From assembly GCA_965248925.1 (NCBI GenBank), contig CBDFLE010000005.1, positions 512,001 through 576,000 on the forward strand: a stretch of DNA of 64,000 nt, read 5' to 3'. The notes below the pieces were generated by a model. That model worked only from the letters and a program-made list of their open reading frames with translations. It did no database searches and was not told where the DNA came from. Positions 20,643 to 30,330 of the stretch are shown here, one piece after another. This DNA comes from Candidatus Multivoradales bacterium. Lineage in GTDB: Bacteria; Acidobacteriota; Thermoanaerobaculia; Multivoradales; J023. The translations under genes were made by a program, and so were the position numbers. How positions within the stretch are numbered: position 1 is the first letter of the stretch; each line of letters begins with the position of its first letter.

Positions 20643-22619
20643 ATGACAGAACCCAATGACGAGGCGGTGATCGAGGCCGAGACCTTGAGTACCGGACTCG
20701 ACGCCAAGGCGATCTTAGACGCCGGTGGAGAGCTGAGCTACGAACAGCTCGTCGCACTCTATGACGAGAGCATGCGACACCTTGAAGAGGGCGAGCTGGT
20801 AAAGGGCCAGGTCGTCGACATCACCGCTAACGAAGTAGTGGTGGATGTCGGATATAAGTCCGAGGGGTTGATCCCGCGGCAAGAATTCACTGACCATTCC
20901 GGCGAACTCAAGATAGAGATCGGCGATGAGGTCGAAGTTTTACTCGAGAAGACCGAAGACGCGGAAGGCCATGTGCTGCTGTCCAAGCACAAGGCCGAGC
21001 GGATGCGGGTGTGGCAAGAGATCGAAACGGCCTACAAAGATGGCAAGATCATCAGTGGTCGGGTGGTTGATCGCATCAAGGGCGGCCTGACGGTCGACGT
21101 CGGCTTGCGGGCCTTTCTACCCGGCTCCCTGGTCGACATCAAGCCGGTCAAGCATCTTGAGTCGATGAAGGGCCAGGAGTTCGAGTTCAAGGTCATCAGT
21201 CTCGATCGGCGGCGCAATAACATCGTCTTGTCGCGCAAGGCCGTGCTGGAGAAGGAATTCGCCAAGAAAAAGTCCGAGACGATTCTCAAGCTGGTCGAGG
21301 GCGCGCGCCTACCGGGCGTGGTCAAGAACATCACCGACTATGGTGTGTTCATCGACCTCGGCGGAATCGACGGCCTGTTGCACATCACCGACATCTCTTG
21401 GGGCCGGGTCAACCATCCTTCAGAGCACTTCTCGGTCGGCGACGAGACCGAGATCGTGATCCTCAAATTCGATCCCGAGACCGAGCGTGTTTCGCTGGGC
21501 TACAAACAGCGCAGTGAGGATCCCTGGACTTTGGTCGATAAGAAGTACCCGATCGGTTCGCGCGTCCAGGGCAAGGTGGTCAGCTTGGTGGACTACGGCG
21601 CCTTTGTCGAGATCGAGGAAGGGGTTGAAGGTCTGATCCACGTCAGTGAGATGTCCTGGACCAAGAAGGTGGTCAATCCATCGAAACTGGTAACGGTTGG
21701 CGAGGAGGTCGAAGCGATCGTCTCCGAACTCGACATGGGCCAGCGACGGATCAGCCTGTCTTTGCGGCAGACCGAGCGCAACCCTTGGGAAGAGCTGGCC
21801 GACAGCTTCCCGATTGGCTCGATCATCGAGGGCAAGGTCCGTAACCTCACCGAGTTCGGTGCTTTCGTCGAGATCACCGATGATATCGATGGCCTGATCC
21901 ACGTCTCTGACATGAGCTGGACTAAACGCGTCAAGCACCCCAGCGAAGTGTTGAAGAAGGGCGAGCTAGTCAAAGCCCGGATCACCAACATCGATGTCGG
22001 CAACCAGCGGGTTTCCCTGTCGATCAAGGAGTTCCTGCCCAACGAGTGGGACAACTTCGTCGAGAAGTACATGGTGGGTGACACCTTGGACGGCAAGGTC
22101 GTCAACGTCACCGACTTCGGTCTCTTTATCGATATCTACCAGGGCCTCGAAGGTCTGGCTCACATCAGTGAGATCGACCTGCCGGGGGGCAAGCTGGAAG
22201 ACCGCTACCGGGTTGGTGAGTGGGTCAGCGCCCGCATTCTGCGAATCGAGGAAGAAGACAAGAAGGTGGGCTTGACGATGCGTGGCGTGCCGCAGCCTTC
22301 GCCTGAAGAGATACCGGAACTCGAAGCGGCAGCTGCTGCTGAGCGCGGCATCTCTCTCGCTGTCGTTAGCGTGGAGGAACCGGCCGAGGAAGCTGCGGCG
22401 GAAGAGGTTCCTAGTGAAGCAGCAGCTGCTGAGGAAACCGCGGCTAGCGCAACCGAGGCAGAGGAGACCGCGAGCGAAGAGCTGGCTGCCGAGGCTGAAG
22501 AAGAGGTGGCCGAAGAGCCGGCTGCCGAGGAGGCTGGTGCCGAGGAAGCTGAAGAAGCTACCGAAGTTTCGGCAGAGGTGGAGGCGGCGGCTGAGTCGGA
22601 CGACAAGTCGGACGCCTAG
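20643..22619 (+). CDS. rpsA: 30S ribosomal protein S1 (long Glu/Ala-rich C-terminal extension)
   Basis: Six S1 repeats (VDVGYKSEG, GVFIDLGGIDGLLHITDISW and others); follows cmk. Confidence 0.97.
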   Translation: MTEPNDEAVIEAETLSTGLDAKAILDAGGELSYEQLVALYDESMRHLEEGELVKGQVVDITANEVVVDVGYKSEGLIPRQEFTDHSGELKIEIGDEVEVLLEKTEDAEGHVLLSKHKAERMRVWQEIETAYKDGKIISGRVVDRIKGGLTVDVGLRAFLPGSLVDIKPVKHLESMKGQEFEFKVISLDRRRNNIVLSRKAVLEKEFAKKKSETILKLVEGARLPGVVKNITDYGVFIDLGGIDGLLHITDISWGRVNHPSEHFSVGDETEIVILKFDPETERVSLGYKQRSEDPWTLVDKKYPIGSRVQGKVVSLVDYGAFVEIEEGVEGLIHVSEMSWTKKVVNPSKLVTVGEEVEAIVSELDMGQRRISLSLRQTERNPWEELADSFPIGSIIEGKVRNLTEFGAFVEITDDIDGLIHVSDMSWTKRVKHPSEVLKKGELVKARITNIDVGNQRVSLSIKEFLPNEWDNFVEKYMVGDTLDGKVVNVTDFGLFIDIYQGLEGLAHISEIDLPGGKLEDRYRVGEWVSARILRIEEEDKKVGLTMRGVPQPSPEEIPELEAAAAAERGISLAVVSVEEPAEEAAAEEVPSEAAAAEETAASATEAEETASEELAAEAEEEVAEEPAAEEAGAEEAEEATEVSAEVEAAAESDDKSDA

Positions 22620-22676
22620 GTCGTCGATGGTGATCAATCCGTTGCGGAGGAGCGCACTGTGCCGACTCGCGATGCT

Positions 22677-22958
22677 ATGACCAAAGCAGAACTCGTGGAA
22701 CGTGTCGCGAGTATGACGCAGTTGACTAAAAAGCATGCCGAGATCATTGTCAACACGGTCTTCGAGAGTATTGTCCGGTCGCTAAGATCGGGAGAGAAGA
22801 TCGAGTTGCGGGGTTTCGGTAGCTTTCGAATTCGTCAGCGGGGGGCGCGTATTGGGCGCAATCCGAAGACGGGCGCGAAGGTCAACGTACCTGCGAAGCG
22901 GATCCCATACTTCAAGCCTGGTAAGGAGCTCAAAGAGCTTCTTAACCAGAAGCCCTGA
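22677..22958 (+). CDS. ihfB: Integration host factor beta / HU-family protein
   Basis: MTKAELV..IELRGFGSF..GRNPKTG..PYFKPGKELKE; follows rpsA. Confidence 0.88.
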   Translation: MTKAELVERVASMTQLTKKHAEIIVNTVFESIVRSLRSGEKIELRGFGSFRIRQRGARIGRNPKTGAKVNVPAKRIPYFKPGKELKELLNQKP

Positions 22959-22966
22959 CGGTTCCT

Positions 22967-22997
22967 AGCCCGGTGGAGGTCTTCTCCTCCGGGCTTT
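22967..22997 (+). terminator. Probable intrinsic terminator after ihfB
   Basis: AGCCCGGTGGAG-gtctt-CTCCTCCGGGCT stem (one mismatch) followed by a short T run. Confidence 0.5.
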
Positions 22998-23020
22998 AAG
23001 CGAAGTCCGTGGAGACCAAC

Positions 23021-23488
23021 ATGGCCAAAAAGCGCACCGTGAAGGGATCCGGTGCCAAGGTAAAGAAGAGCGCTGCTCGAGAGCGGGTCAGCCAGTCGGC
23101 CAAGGCTCCGGCGATCGCCTACGTGGCGTCGTTCTGCGCCTGGTTGGTGCCCGGATCGGGGCACCTGATGCTCGGCCGGCGGGGTCGTGGGCTTGCTTTT
23201 GCCGTGTTGGTTCTGGCAGCAGTGGCGCTGGGTTGTTTGTTGCACGGCCAGCTGTGGAGTACTTTTCGCGGCTCGCCGCTATTGATCTTGCGCAGCTTGG
23301 GCTGTCTGGGCTCTGGTTTGCCTTACTTTGCTCTGCTGCTGAGCGATTATAGTGGCCAAATCGAGAGCGTCAGCTTTGACTATGGCAGCGCTTTCCTGGT
23401 CACCGGCGGGCTGATGAACTTTCTCCTGGTCTTGGATACCTGGGACATCGCTACCGGCCGCAAGCCTGATGGAGACGGCGAGCAATGA
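23021..23488 (+). CDS. Membrane protein, DUF6677-like
   Basis: WLVPGSGHLMLGR..DYGSAFLVTGGLMNFLLVLDTWDIATGRK. Confidence 0.7.
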   Translation: MAKKRTVKGSGAKVKKSAARERVSQSAKAPAIAYVASFCAWLVPGSGHLMLGRRGRGLAFAVLVLAAVALGCLLHGQLWSTFRGSPLLILRSLGCLGSGLPYFALLLSDYSGQIESVSFDYGSAFLVTGGLMNFLLVLDTWDIATGRKPDGDGEQ

Positions 23489-23676
23489 GTCATCTAGTAT
23501 TGATGGTGACCTACGCCGCCTTGGTTGGCGTCTTCTTCGCCCTCTTGTGGAAGCGTCAGCGAGCGGCGCAGGTCAAATTGTTCGCCAAGATCTTTCTCGG
23601 CCTGGTAATTGGCGGCTGGGTGATCGCTTGGTTGATGTTTTCCTTCCCGTCGGGGCCCCCTTCGCCTATTCCATGA
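23485..23676 (+). CDS. Small two-TM membrane protein
   Basis: ATGA overlap with the upstream gene; two hydrophobic helices. Confidence 0.7.
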   Translation: MSHLVLMVTYAALVGVFFALLWKRQRAAQVKLFAKIFLGLVIGGWVIAWLMFSFPSGPPSPIP

Positions 23677-23686
23677 GCTTCGCTCG

Positions 23687-24832
23687 ATGAGCAAGACAGA
23701 TCTTCTGGTAGTAGCGGGCGAGGCCTCTGGCGACCTGCACGGTGCCCGTTTGCTCGCTCATCTGGCTGAGTTGGAGCCCGGCTTGCGGGCTTTTGGTCTT
23801 GGCGGCCAGGAGATGGCTGCCGGGGGCTTCGAGGCGCTCGCCGAGAGTTCTGAAATCTCGGTGGTGGGCTTCACCGAGGTGCTGAAAATTTTGCGCCGAG
23901 CACGCCAGATTTACTTTCAATTGTTGGCTGAGGTCGAGCGCCGCGGGGTCCGTCGCGCGCTGCTGATTGACTCGCCCGGTTTCAACTTGCGCCTGGCTCG
24001 GCAGCTGCATCGCCGTGGGGTGCAAGTGGTCTATTACATCAGTCCTCAGGTTTGGGCTTGGCGGCGCGGACGGGTGAAGACCATCGCCGCCAACATCGAC
24101 CGAATGCTGGTGTTGTTTCCCTTCGAAGTCGATTTCTACCAAAGCCATGGGGTCGCCGCAGTGCATGTTGGCCATCCATTGGTCGATGAGGTGCCCAAGC
24201 CCGAGTTTCAGGCTTGGGACAGGCCGCGGCGCGAGGGAGAGGAGTTTTCTGTTGCTTTGATGCCCGGCTCGAGACCCAGTGAAGTTCGCGTCCTGCTACC
24301 CGAGCTGTTGCAAGCGGGGCGTCAGCTGGGCCAGCGGCTGCCGGTCAAGCTGCTCTTGATTCAAGCACCCACTTTGGCCGAGTCGTTGCTGGATGAACTC
24401 GTTGCCAAATCCGGCGTGGCGGTCGAGAGGGTGCGGGAGGATCGCTTGCAGGTGATTGCCGACTGCCATTTGGCGATTTGCGCTTCAGGTACCGCCACCC
24501 TCGAAGTTGGTTTGCTCGGCACTCCCATGGTGGTGGTCTATAAGTTGAGTCCGTTGAGTTACTGGTTGGGTCGGCTATTGGTCGATTTGCCGCAGTTCAG
24601 CATGGTCAACCTGGTGTTGGGGGCTGGTGTCGTGCCTGAGCTGTTGCAAGGAGCTGCATCTGCGGCGGGGATCAGCGACGAAGCCGCCAGCTTGTTGGAG
24701 TCGCCAGCAGCGATCGATGCCATGCGCCGTTCGATGCTTGAGCTACGTCCTCGTTTGGGCAGCAGTGGCGCTAGCGCCCGCGCGGCTGCCGAGGTGGCCG
24801 ATTGTTGGCGCCTTGGAGTGGCCGCGAGATGA
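23687..24832 (+). CDS. lpxB: Lipid-A-disaccharide synthase
   Basis: AGEASGDLHG, IDSPGFN, YISPQVWAWR, VGHPL, PGSR, SGTATLE. Confidence 0.96.
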   Translation: MSKTDLLVVAGEASGDLHGARLLAHLAELEPGLRAFGLGGQEMAAGGFEALAESSEISVVGFTEVLKILRRARQIYFQLLAEVERRGVRRALLIDSPGFNLRLARQLHRRGVQVVYYISPQVWAWRRGRVKTIAANIDRMLVLFPFEVDFYQSHGVAAVHVGHPLVDEVPKPEFQAWDRPRREGEEFSVALMPGSRPSEVRVLLPELLQAGRQLGQRLPVKLLLIQAPTLAESLLDELVAKSGVAVERVREDRLQVIADCHLAICASGTATLEVGLLGTPMVVVYKLSPLSYWLGRLLVDLPQFSMVNLVLGAGVVPELLQGAASAAGISDEAASLLESPAAIDAMRRSMLELRPRLGSSGASARAAAEVADCWRLGVAAR

Positions 24833-26727
24833 GTTTCGCTCGCTTCTTTTGGCCCTACTTGCGCGGCTATCGTCGGTGGATTCTTGGCGCTGCCCTCAGC
24901 ATTTCGGTGTTCTTCGCCGCCAGCGTGCTGCTCTTTGGTTTGATCCGGCCGATTTTTGTCAACGTTCTCGATGCCGAGGAAGAGGTGCCGAAAATACTCC
25001 GCACCAGCGTTGAGGACGCGGTGGACTCTGCCGAGCAAGGCGGCCTGGTGGAACGTTGGGCAGCCTCGCTCAATCTGCAAGTGTTAGTCGACCGGGCTTT
25101 CGACCGAGTGGCGGCGGCGATTGCCCTGCCGACCTATGCGCTGGTACCACTCTTGCTCTGGTTGTTCTTCCTACTACGCAGCGTTGCTGCTTTCGCCAAC
25201 GGCTATCTCTTCCAGAAAATCGGTCTGGGCGCTACTAACGATCTGCGCAACGATCTCTACCGCACGATTCTGCGTCAGTCGAGCCGTTTCTACGCCGAAC
25301 ACCCTTCCGGTGAGTTGCTCAGCCGGATTGGCAACGACGTGCAGGTCTTGCAGAATGTGGTGACGACCCGCTTACTTGATTTGGTGCAGCACTCGATTAC
25401 TTTGCTGGTGTTGATCTGGCTGCTGTTGTCGACCCACTGGGTATTTGGTTTGATCACCCTGGTGGTGGCGCCGGCCGTGGTGGTGCCGATTGTGCGCTTC
25501 GGCCGCGGCATGTTCAAGACCAGTCGGCACACGCAGGAGCGGATGGCCGAGCTGGCCAACTTGGTCAACGAGGCGGTGCGCGGCCATCGGGTGGTCAAGG
25601 CTTTTGGCATGGAGGGCTTCGAAGAGAGCCGCTTCCGAGCCGCCGCGGATCGCCACTTGTTGGTGAAACTGCGCGCTCAGCTGATCGCCACCGCTTCAAG
25701 TCCGGTGGTCGAGACCTTGATCGTCACCGGCGGTGCGGTGCTGCTGTTCTACGCCGGACGGGCGGTGGCAAGCGGCGATGTCGGTTCGGCTCAGCTGGTT
25801 ACCTTCTTGACTACCTTGGCGTTGATCCAAGATCCGGTGAGGAGGCTGAACAAGGTCAATTTGACTCTGCAAGAGTCGCTCGCCTGCGGCCAGCGGGTGC
25901 AAGAGCTGATCGCCATGCCCAATGAAATCGTCGACTCCGAGGGCACGGAGACTCTAGCCGCCTTGGGTCAGGGGTTGCACTTTGAGGCAGTGAGTTTCGC
26001 CTACGAAGATGACCTCGTGCTGGATCGGATCGACCTGCGAGTGCAGCCGGGTGAGACGATCGCATTAGTGGGGCCCTCCGGGGCTGGTAAGACCACTCTG
26101 GTCAACCTGGTGCCCCGATTCTTCGATCCCAGCCAAGGAGCGGTACGGATCGATGGCCACGACCTGCGGCAGGTCAGCCTGGCCAGCCTGCGAGCCCTGA
26201 TTGGCGTCGTCACCCAGGACACCGTGTTGTTCAATGACACCGTGCGCGACAACATCGCCTACGGGCGCTCTGATCTCTCGCTAGAGCGGGTACGGGCGGC
26301 GGCTCAAGCGGCGCACGCCGACGAGTTCATCATAGCCTTGCCGAAAGGCTATGACACGTTGATTGGCGAGAGTGGCTTGAAGCTCTCCGGCGGTCAGCGG
26401 CAGAGACTGGCGATCGCCCGCGCCTTGGTCAAGGATCCGCCGATTTTGATTCTCGATGAAGCTACCTCACACCTCGACAGCGCCTCCGAAGCGCTGGTGC
26501 AAGAAGCCTTGGACAATCTGATGCGGGGCCGCACCGTCCTGGTGGTGGCGCATCGTTTGTCGACCGTGCGGCGCGCCGATCGCATTATCGTAATGGACGG
26601 TGGCAGAATCGTCGAGGCTGGGAGCCATCGCCAGCTGCTGGCCGCAGGGGGTGCCTATCGCCGGTTGCACGATCTGAATTTGGCCTCTCCCGACGCAGGC
26701 ACGGCTGAGGAGCAAGAAGATGCGTAG
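24829..26727 (+). CDS. msbA: MsbA-like ABC transporter permease/ATPase
   Basis: TMD plus GPSGAGKT, LSGGQRQR, LDEATS; translationally coupled to lpxB. Confidence 0.8.
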   Translation: MSFARFFWPYLRGYRRWILGAALSISVFFAASVLLFGLIRPIFVNVLDAEEEVPKILRTSVEDAVDSAEQGGLVERWAASLNLQVLVDRAFDRVAAAIALPTYALVPLLLWLFFLLRSVAAFANGYLFQKIGLGATNDLRNDLYRTILRQSSRFYAEHPSGELLSRIGNDVQVLQNVVTTRLLDLVQHSITLLVLIWLLLSTHWVFGLITLVVAPAVVVPIVRFGRGMFKTSRHTQERMAELANLVNEAVRGHRVVKAFGMEGFEESRFRAAADRHLLVKLRAQLIATASSPVVETLIVTGGAVLLFYAGRAVASGDVGSAQLVTFLTTLALIQDPVRRLNKVNLTLQESLACGQRVQELIAMPNEIVDSEGTETLAALGQGLHFEAVSFAYEDDLVLDRIDLRVQPGETIALVGPSGAGKTTLVNLVPRFFDPSQGAVRIDGHDLRQVSLASLRALIGVVTQDTVLFNDTVRDNIAYGRSDLSLERVRAAAQAAHADEFIIALPKGYDTLIGESGLKLSGGQRQRLAIARALVKDPPILILDEATSHLDSASEALVQEALDNLMRGRTVLVVAHRLSTVRRADRIIVMDGGRIVEAGSHRQLLAAGGAYRRLHDLNLASPDAGTAEEQEDA

Positions 26728-27598
26728 CATGACTGGTTTTGGCCAAGCGAGTGGAGAAAATGACCGCTTCCGGGTCACCGTGACCTTGCGCGGTGTCAAT
26801 CATCGCTTTCTCGATCTCTCGTTGCGGTTGCGCGATGAGTACCGTGCGGCTGAGGCCGATCTACGCGAAGTGCTGATCGGCCAGCTCGAGCGTGGCAGGG
26901 TGGAAGTGACGGCCGATATCGAACCCTTAGTTTCGCGGCCGGTAGAACTACAAGTCGATCGCGAGTTGGCCTTGGCGGTGAGGCAGGCTACCGATTCCCT
27001 CGCCGCTCAAGGCTTGATCGAGCCTGAGCTGACGCTCAGCGACTTGATGAGCTTGCCGGAAGTGGTTCGTCTGCGGGTACGTCCCCTGGAGTGGCGAGAC
27101 GTGGATCAGGAGCTGCTGCTGACTATTGCTGGCCGCGCTCTGGTGCAATTGGTGGAGGCTCGAGCCACCGAGGGGCAGGACTTGGTGGCGGTGCTCGATC
27201 AGCGCTTGCAGGCCCTCGCCGGCCTCACTGCCGAGCTGGCGCAGCGTGCGGCGAAGTCGCCGACCGAGGCTGCGGCGGCCCTGCGCAAGCGGATCGGCGA
27301 ACTGCTCGAAGGGGAGTCGGTCGATGAGAATCGGCTGGCGCAAGAGATCGCGCTGCTGGTGGACAAGAGCGATGTCAGTGAAGAACTCGACCGCCTGCGC
27401 TCGCACTTGAAGCACTTCTCCTCCCTGTTTCAGCGCCAGGGTGCGGTGGGCAAGCGCTTGGAATTCCTTACCCAAGAAGTCCTGCGCGAACTCAACACGG
27501 TCGGTTCTAAGTGCCGCGATAGCGAGATGACCCGCCGGGTGCTCGAAGGCAAGGCGCTGTGTGAACAGGTTCGCGAGCAGGTGCAGAATGTTGAATAG
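26720..27598 (+). CDS. yicC: YicC/YloC family endoribonuclease
   Basis: MRSMTGFG, VNHRFLD, DVSEELDRL, GKRLEFLTQE, RELNTVGSK, EQVQNVE. Confidence 0.93.
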   Translation: MRSMTGFGQASGENDRFRVTVTLRGVNHRFLDLSLRLRDEYRAAEADLREVLIGQLERGRVEVTADIEPLVSRPVELQVDRELALAVRQATDSLAAQGLIEPELTLSDLMSLPEVVRLRVRPLEWRDVDQELLLTIAGRALVQLVEARATEGQDLVAVLDQRLQALAGLTAELAQRAAKSPTEAAAALRKRIGELLEGESVDENRLAQEIALLVDKSDVSEELDRLRSHLKHFSSLFQRQGAVGKRLEFLTQEVLRELNTVGSKCRDSEMTRRVLEGKALCEQVREQVQNVE

Positions 27599-27758
27599 CC
27601 GATAGTTGGCCGAGCTGTGATATTCTGCCGCACAGGTGCAGGCCGCCTGGAACCACTACAGCTCGAAATCCGGACCGCAGATGCGTTGGGTATCTGCCTG
27701 AGGCTGGGCTGGCCCGCCAAGATCACGCCATCCACCGCATCTCAAGTGGAGTGTATTG

Positions 27759-28010
27759 ATGCAGGAAATTCCAGAAAAGATCGACAGTAAATTCCGTTTC
27801 GTACTGCTGGCCGCCAATCGGGCCGAGCAGTTGCTGCGCGGTGCTCTGCCCAAGCGAGACCATGGGCCGGTGAAGAAGACCCGGGCCGCCATGGACGAGA
27901 TCTTCGAAGAGACCATCGAATGGGACTACGGGCCGGCAGCCGAGCCGGTGGTAGACGACCCGGTGGACGTTGAGCCCATCGCCATGCCCAGCGACGAAGA
28001 GCAGAGCTGA
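27759..28010 (+). CDS. rpoZ: RNA polymerase omega subunit
   Basis: IDSKFRFVLLAANRAEQLLRG..AMDEI. Confidence 0.88.
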   Translation: MQEIPEKIDSKFRFVLLAANRAEQLLRGALPKRDHGPVKKTRAAMDEIFEETIEWDYGPAAEPVVDDPVDVEPIAMPSDEEQS

Positions 28011-28080
28011 TCTCGCGGGGTATGCCGATGGCAGACCGTCGACGATGGGCGTGGTCGGGCGGGGAAGTAGGGAGAGCCTC

Positions 28081-28905
28081 TTGAGACCCCCGCTACCGGC
28101 GCCGTGGGTCGAGCTGCTGCGCTATCTCGATGGAGTTGGCTACAGCGAAATCTATTTGCCGCTGGCCCACTCAACCGGAGCCCAAGTCGCGCCGGCCGTG
28201 CCAGCAAGAAGTTCGCGGCCAGAGTCGACCTCAGCCCATATCAGCAAGCAAAGTTCCGAAGCTCTGGCGCTACCCCGAGCGGCGGCGCCGATCAGCAAGC
28301 CCAAGAACATTCCCGCCACAGCCACCGAGCAGTCTCAACCGTTAGCTGCCGATTTAGAACAACTAGGTGCTCAAGCGGCTGCTTGCACTGCTTGCCGCTT
28401 GGCTGAACGCCGCCACAGCGTAGTTTTTGGCAGCGGCGCTGCCAACGCTGACCTGATGTTCATAGGTGAAGGGCCGGGGGCCGAAGAGGACCGCCAGGGT
28501 CTGCCTTTTGTCGGCGCGGCTGGTCAGCTGCTGAGCAGAATCCTGCGGGCTATCAGCCTCGAACGCGATCAGGTTTACATCGCCAACGCGGTGAAGTGCC
28601 GACCCCCTGGCAACCGTAATCCGCAAGCCGATGAGATTGCCGCCTGCAGTGGCTTTCTGCGCCGCCAAATCGATTTAGTGCAGCCCAAAGTTATCGTCTT
28701 GCTGGGCAAAGTCGCGGCGCAGACCCTCCTCGGCTTCGATGAGGGAGTTCCTCTCTATCGCATGCGCGACCGCTGGCACACGGTAGCCAACACCCCCACC
28801 CGAGTGACTTACCACCCAGCGGCCCTGCTGCGCAACGCTTCCTACAAGCGGCCCACCTGGGATGACATGCAAGTGGTGCGTGACCGCTTGCGGGAAGTGG
28901 ACTAG
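28081..28905 (+). CDS. Uracil-DNA glycosylase family 4
   Basis: CTACRL, IGEGPGAEED, FVGAAG, KCRPPGNR, TYHPAALLR; TTG start after GGAG (start uncertain). Confidence 0.9.
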   Translation: MRPPLPAPWVELLRYLDGVGYSEIYLPLAHSTGAQVAPAVPARSSRPESTSAHISKQSSEALALPRAAAPISKPKNIPATATEQSQPLAADLEQLGAQAAACTACRLAERRHSVVFGSGAANADLMFIGEGPGAEEDRQGLPFVGAAGQLLSRILRAISLERDQVYIANAVKCRPPGNRNPQADEIAACSGFLRRQIDLVQPKVIVLLGKVAAQTLLGFDEGVPLYRMRDRWHTVANTPTRVTYHPAALLRNASYKRPTWDDMQVVRDRLREVD

Positions 28906-28919
28906 AGCCAGCGGCGGGA

Positions 28920-29222
28920 ATGGCACGCAGCGAATACGATCCGGTCGGACCCCCCATCGGTCGGGGCGGACTTTCGCTGCTTGTCTGGGTGGCTATTTTT
29001 GTCCACACCAGTTCCTACGACTGGTCCCAACCGTTGGGCATCCTGGTTTGGACCACCACCGGCGGGCTTTTGGCCGGCAGCTGGCTAGCTTGGAGCGGCA
29101 AGAATCGGAGCGGCAAGCGGCCAGGGGTGGCGCGGGCTGGCTTGCTGCTTAACCTCGGTGGCTTGCTCTGCGTAGTCTTGCCGGTGCTGGTGTACTACCT
29201 GGTTTTTTGGTTGAGTAGCTGA
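28920..29222 (+). CDS. Small hypothetical membrane protein
   Basis: Three hydrophobic segments; fills the gap between udg and the BTAD gene. Confidence 0.5.
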   Translation: MARSEYDPVGPPIGRGGLSLLVWVAIFVHTSSYDWSQPLGILVWTTTGGLLAGSWLAWSGKNRSGKRPGVARAGLLLNLGGLLCVVLPVLVYYLVFWLSS

Positions 29223-29256
29223 GTTCCAAGCCGCCTTGCCTGGTATCTTCGGGCGG

Positions 29257-30246
29257 ATGAAGGAGCCAGCCCCGTTTCCAGCCGCCGCCGGAGCGAAGAG
29301 GGAGATCGCAGGCGAAGCCGGTCGTCGTAGTGAGTTAGTGCTTCGCCTTTTGGCGGGAGAGCCGCTGGCTGAATTGGCCCGCGGGAGCGGCATCGATGCA
29401 GCTGCGCTGGAAGATTGGAGAAGCAGCTTCGTTGCGGCTGGGGAGGCGAGGATAGAGACGGATTTGGGGCGTGCAGGTGGGTTGGTGTTTGCGGTCGAGC
29501 TACTTGGAGTGCCGCGGGTTTATCGGCTGCAAGATGGGTGCCGCAAGGAGCTTCGCTGGGGCTTGCAGCGGGCCTTGATGACATTTTCCTACCTGTCTCT
29601 GGCGCCGCAGCGTAGTGCCTTCAAGGACGAACTTGAAGCAGCGCTGTGGCCGGAGGCGGGCGAACGTGAAGTGCAGCGAAATTTTCACCCGACCCTCAGC
29701 GCGGTGCGCCGTACTCTGGCCGGCGGGCCGTTGGCTGATGGCGCCGCGCCGCGCTTGTTGATCAGCCATCGGGGTGCTTATGAGCTGGTGCAGGAGGTCG
29801 ACTGGCAACTCGATGTCACCCGCTTTGAAACTGCCATCAAGCGCGGTAGGGAGTTGCAGCAAGCCAGGCACGATCAAGCCGCGGCGGAGTGCTGGGAGCA
29901 GGCATGGCGTCTTTACCGGGGCCCACTTTTGGCTGGCAACGATGCGCAGTGGATGGTCGCGCGAAGGGCGGAACTGCATCGCACCTACCTGCTTCTCTTG
30001 GCTGATCTGGGGCGGCTTTATCGGCACCTGGGGCGTTCCGTGGCTGCGATCGACGCCTTCCGCGCGCTGTTGCTGCAGGAGCCCTTCGAGGAAGCTGCTC
30101 ATTTGGCCTTGATGGAACTCTACTCCGAACAGGGCCGGCGAGATTTGGTGCGGCGGCAGTTTGTCCGCTTGCAAGAGTTGTTGGATGAACTGAACGTCGA
30201 GCCGCGCGAGGTGACGCAGCAGCGCTACTATGAACTGATGCGATAG
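29257..30246 (+). CDS. SARP/BTAD-domain transcriptional regulator with extra N-terminal HTH
   Basis: VELLGVPRV, LEAALWPE, LDVTRFE, LYRGPLL, EPFEEAAHLALM, ELNVEP. Confidence 0.82.
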   Translation: MKEPAPFPAAAGAKREIAGEAGRRSELVLRLLAGEPLAELARGSGIDAAALEDWRSSFVAAGEARIETDLGRAGGLVFAVELLGVPRVYRLQDGCRKELRWGLQRALMTFSYLSLAPQRSAFKDELEAALWPEAGEREVQRNFHPTLSAVRRTLAGGPLADGAAPRLLISHRGAYELVQEVDWQLDVTRFETAIKRGRELQQARHDQAAAECWEQAWRLYRGPLLAGNDAQWMVARRAELHRTYLLLLADLGRLYRHLGRSVAAIDAFRALLLQEPFEEAAHLALMELYSEQGRRDLVRRQFVRLQELLDELNVEPREVTQQRYYELMR

Positions 30247-30330
30247 CCTAGGGCCACTGAACGCGGGCTTGGCCCCCTTGCGGGGCGAGCATCTACCCAG
30301 CAGACAACTGACTAGACGGATACTAGATTG

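Noticed and set aside
29257-29460. Insertion sequence
   Set aside because: Only an HTH-like segment in frame with BTAD; no DDE domain, terminal inverted repeats or target duplication.
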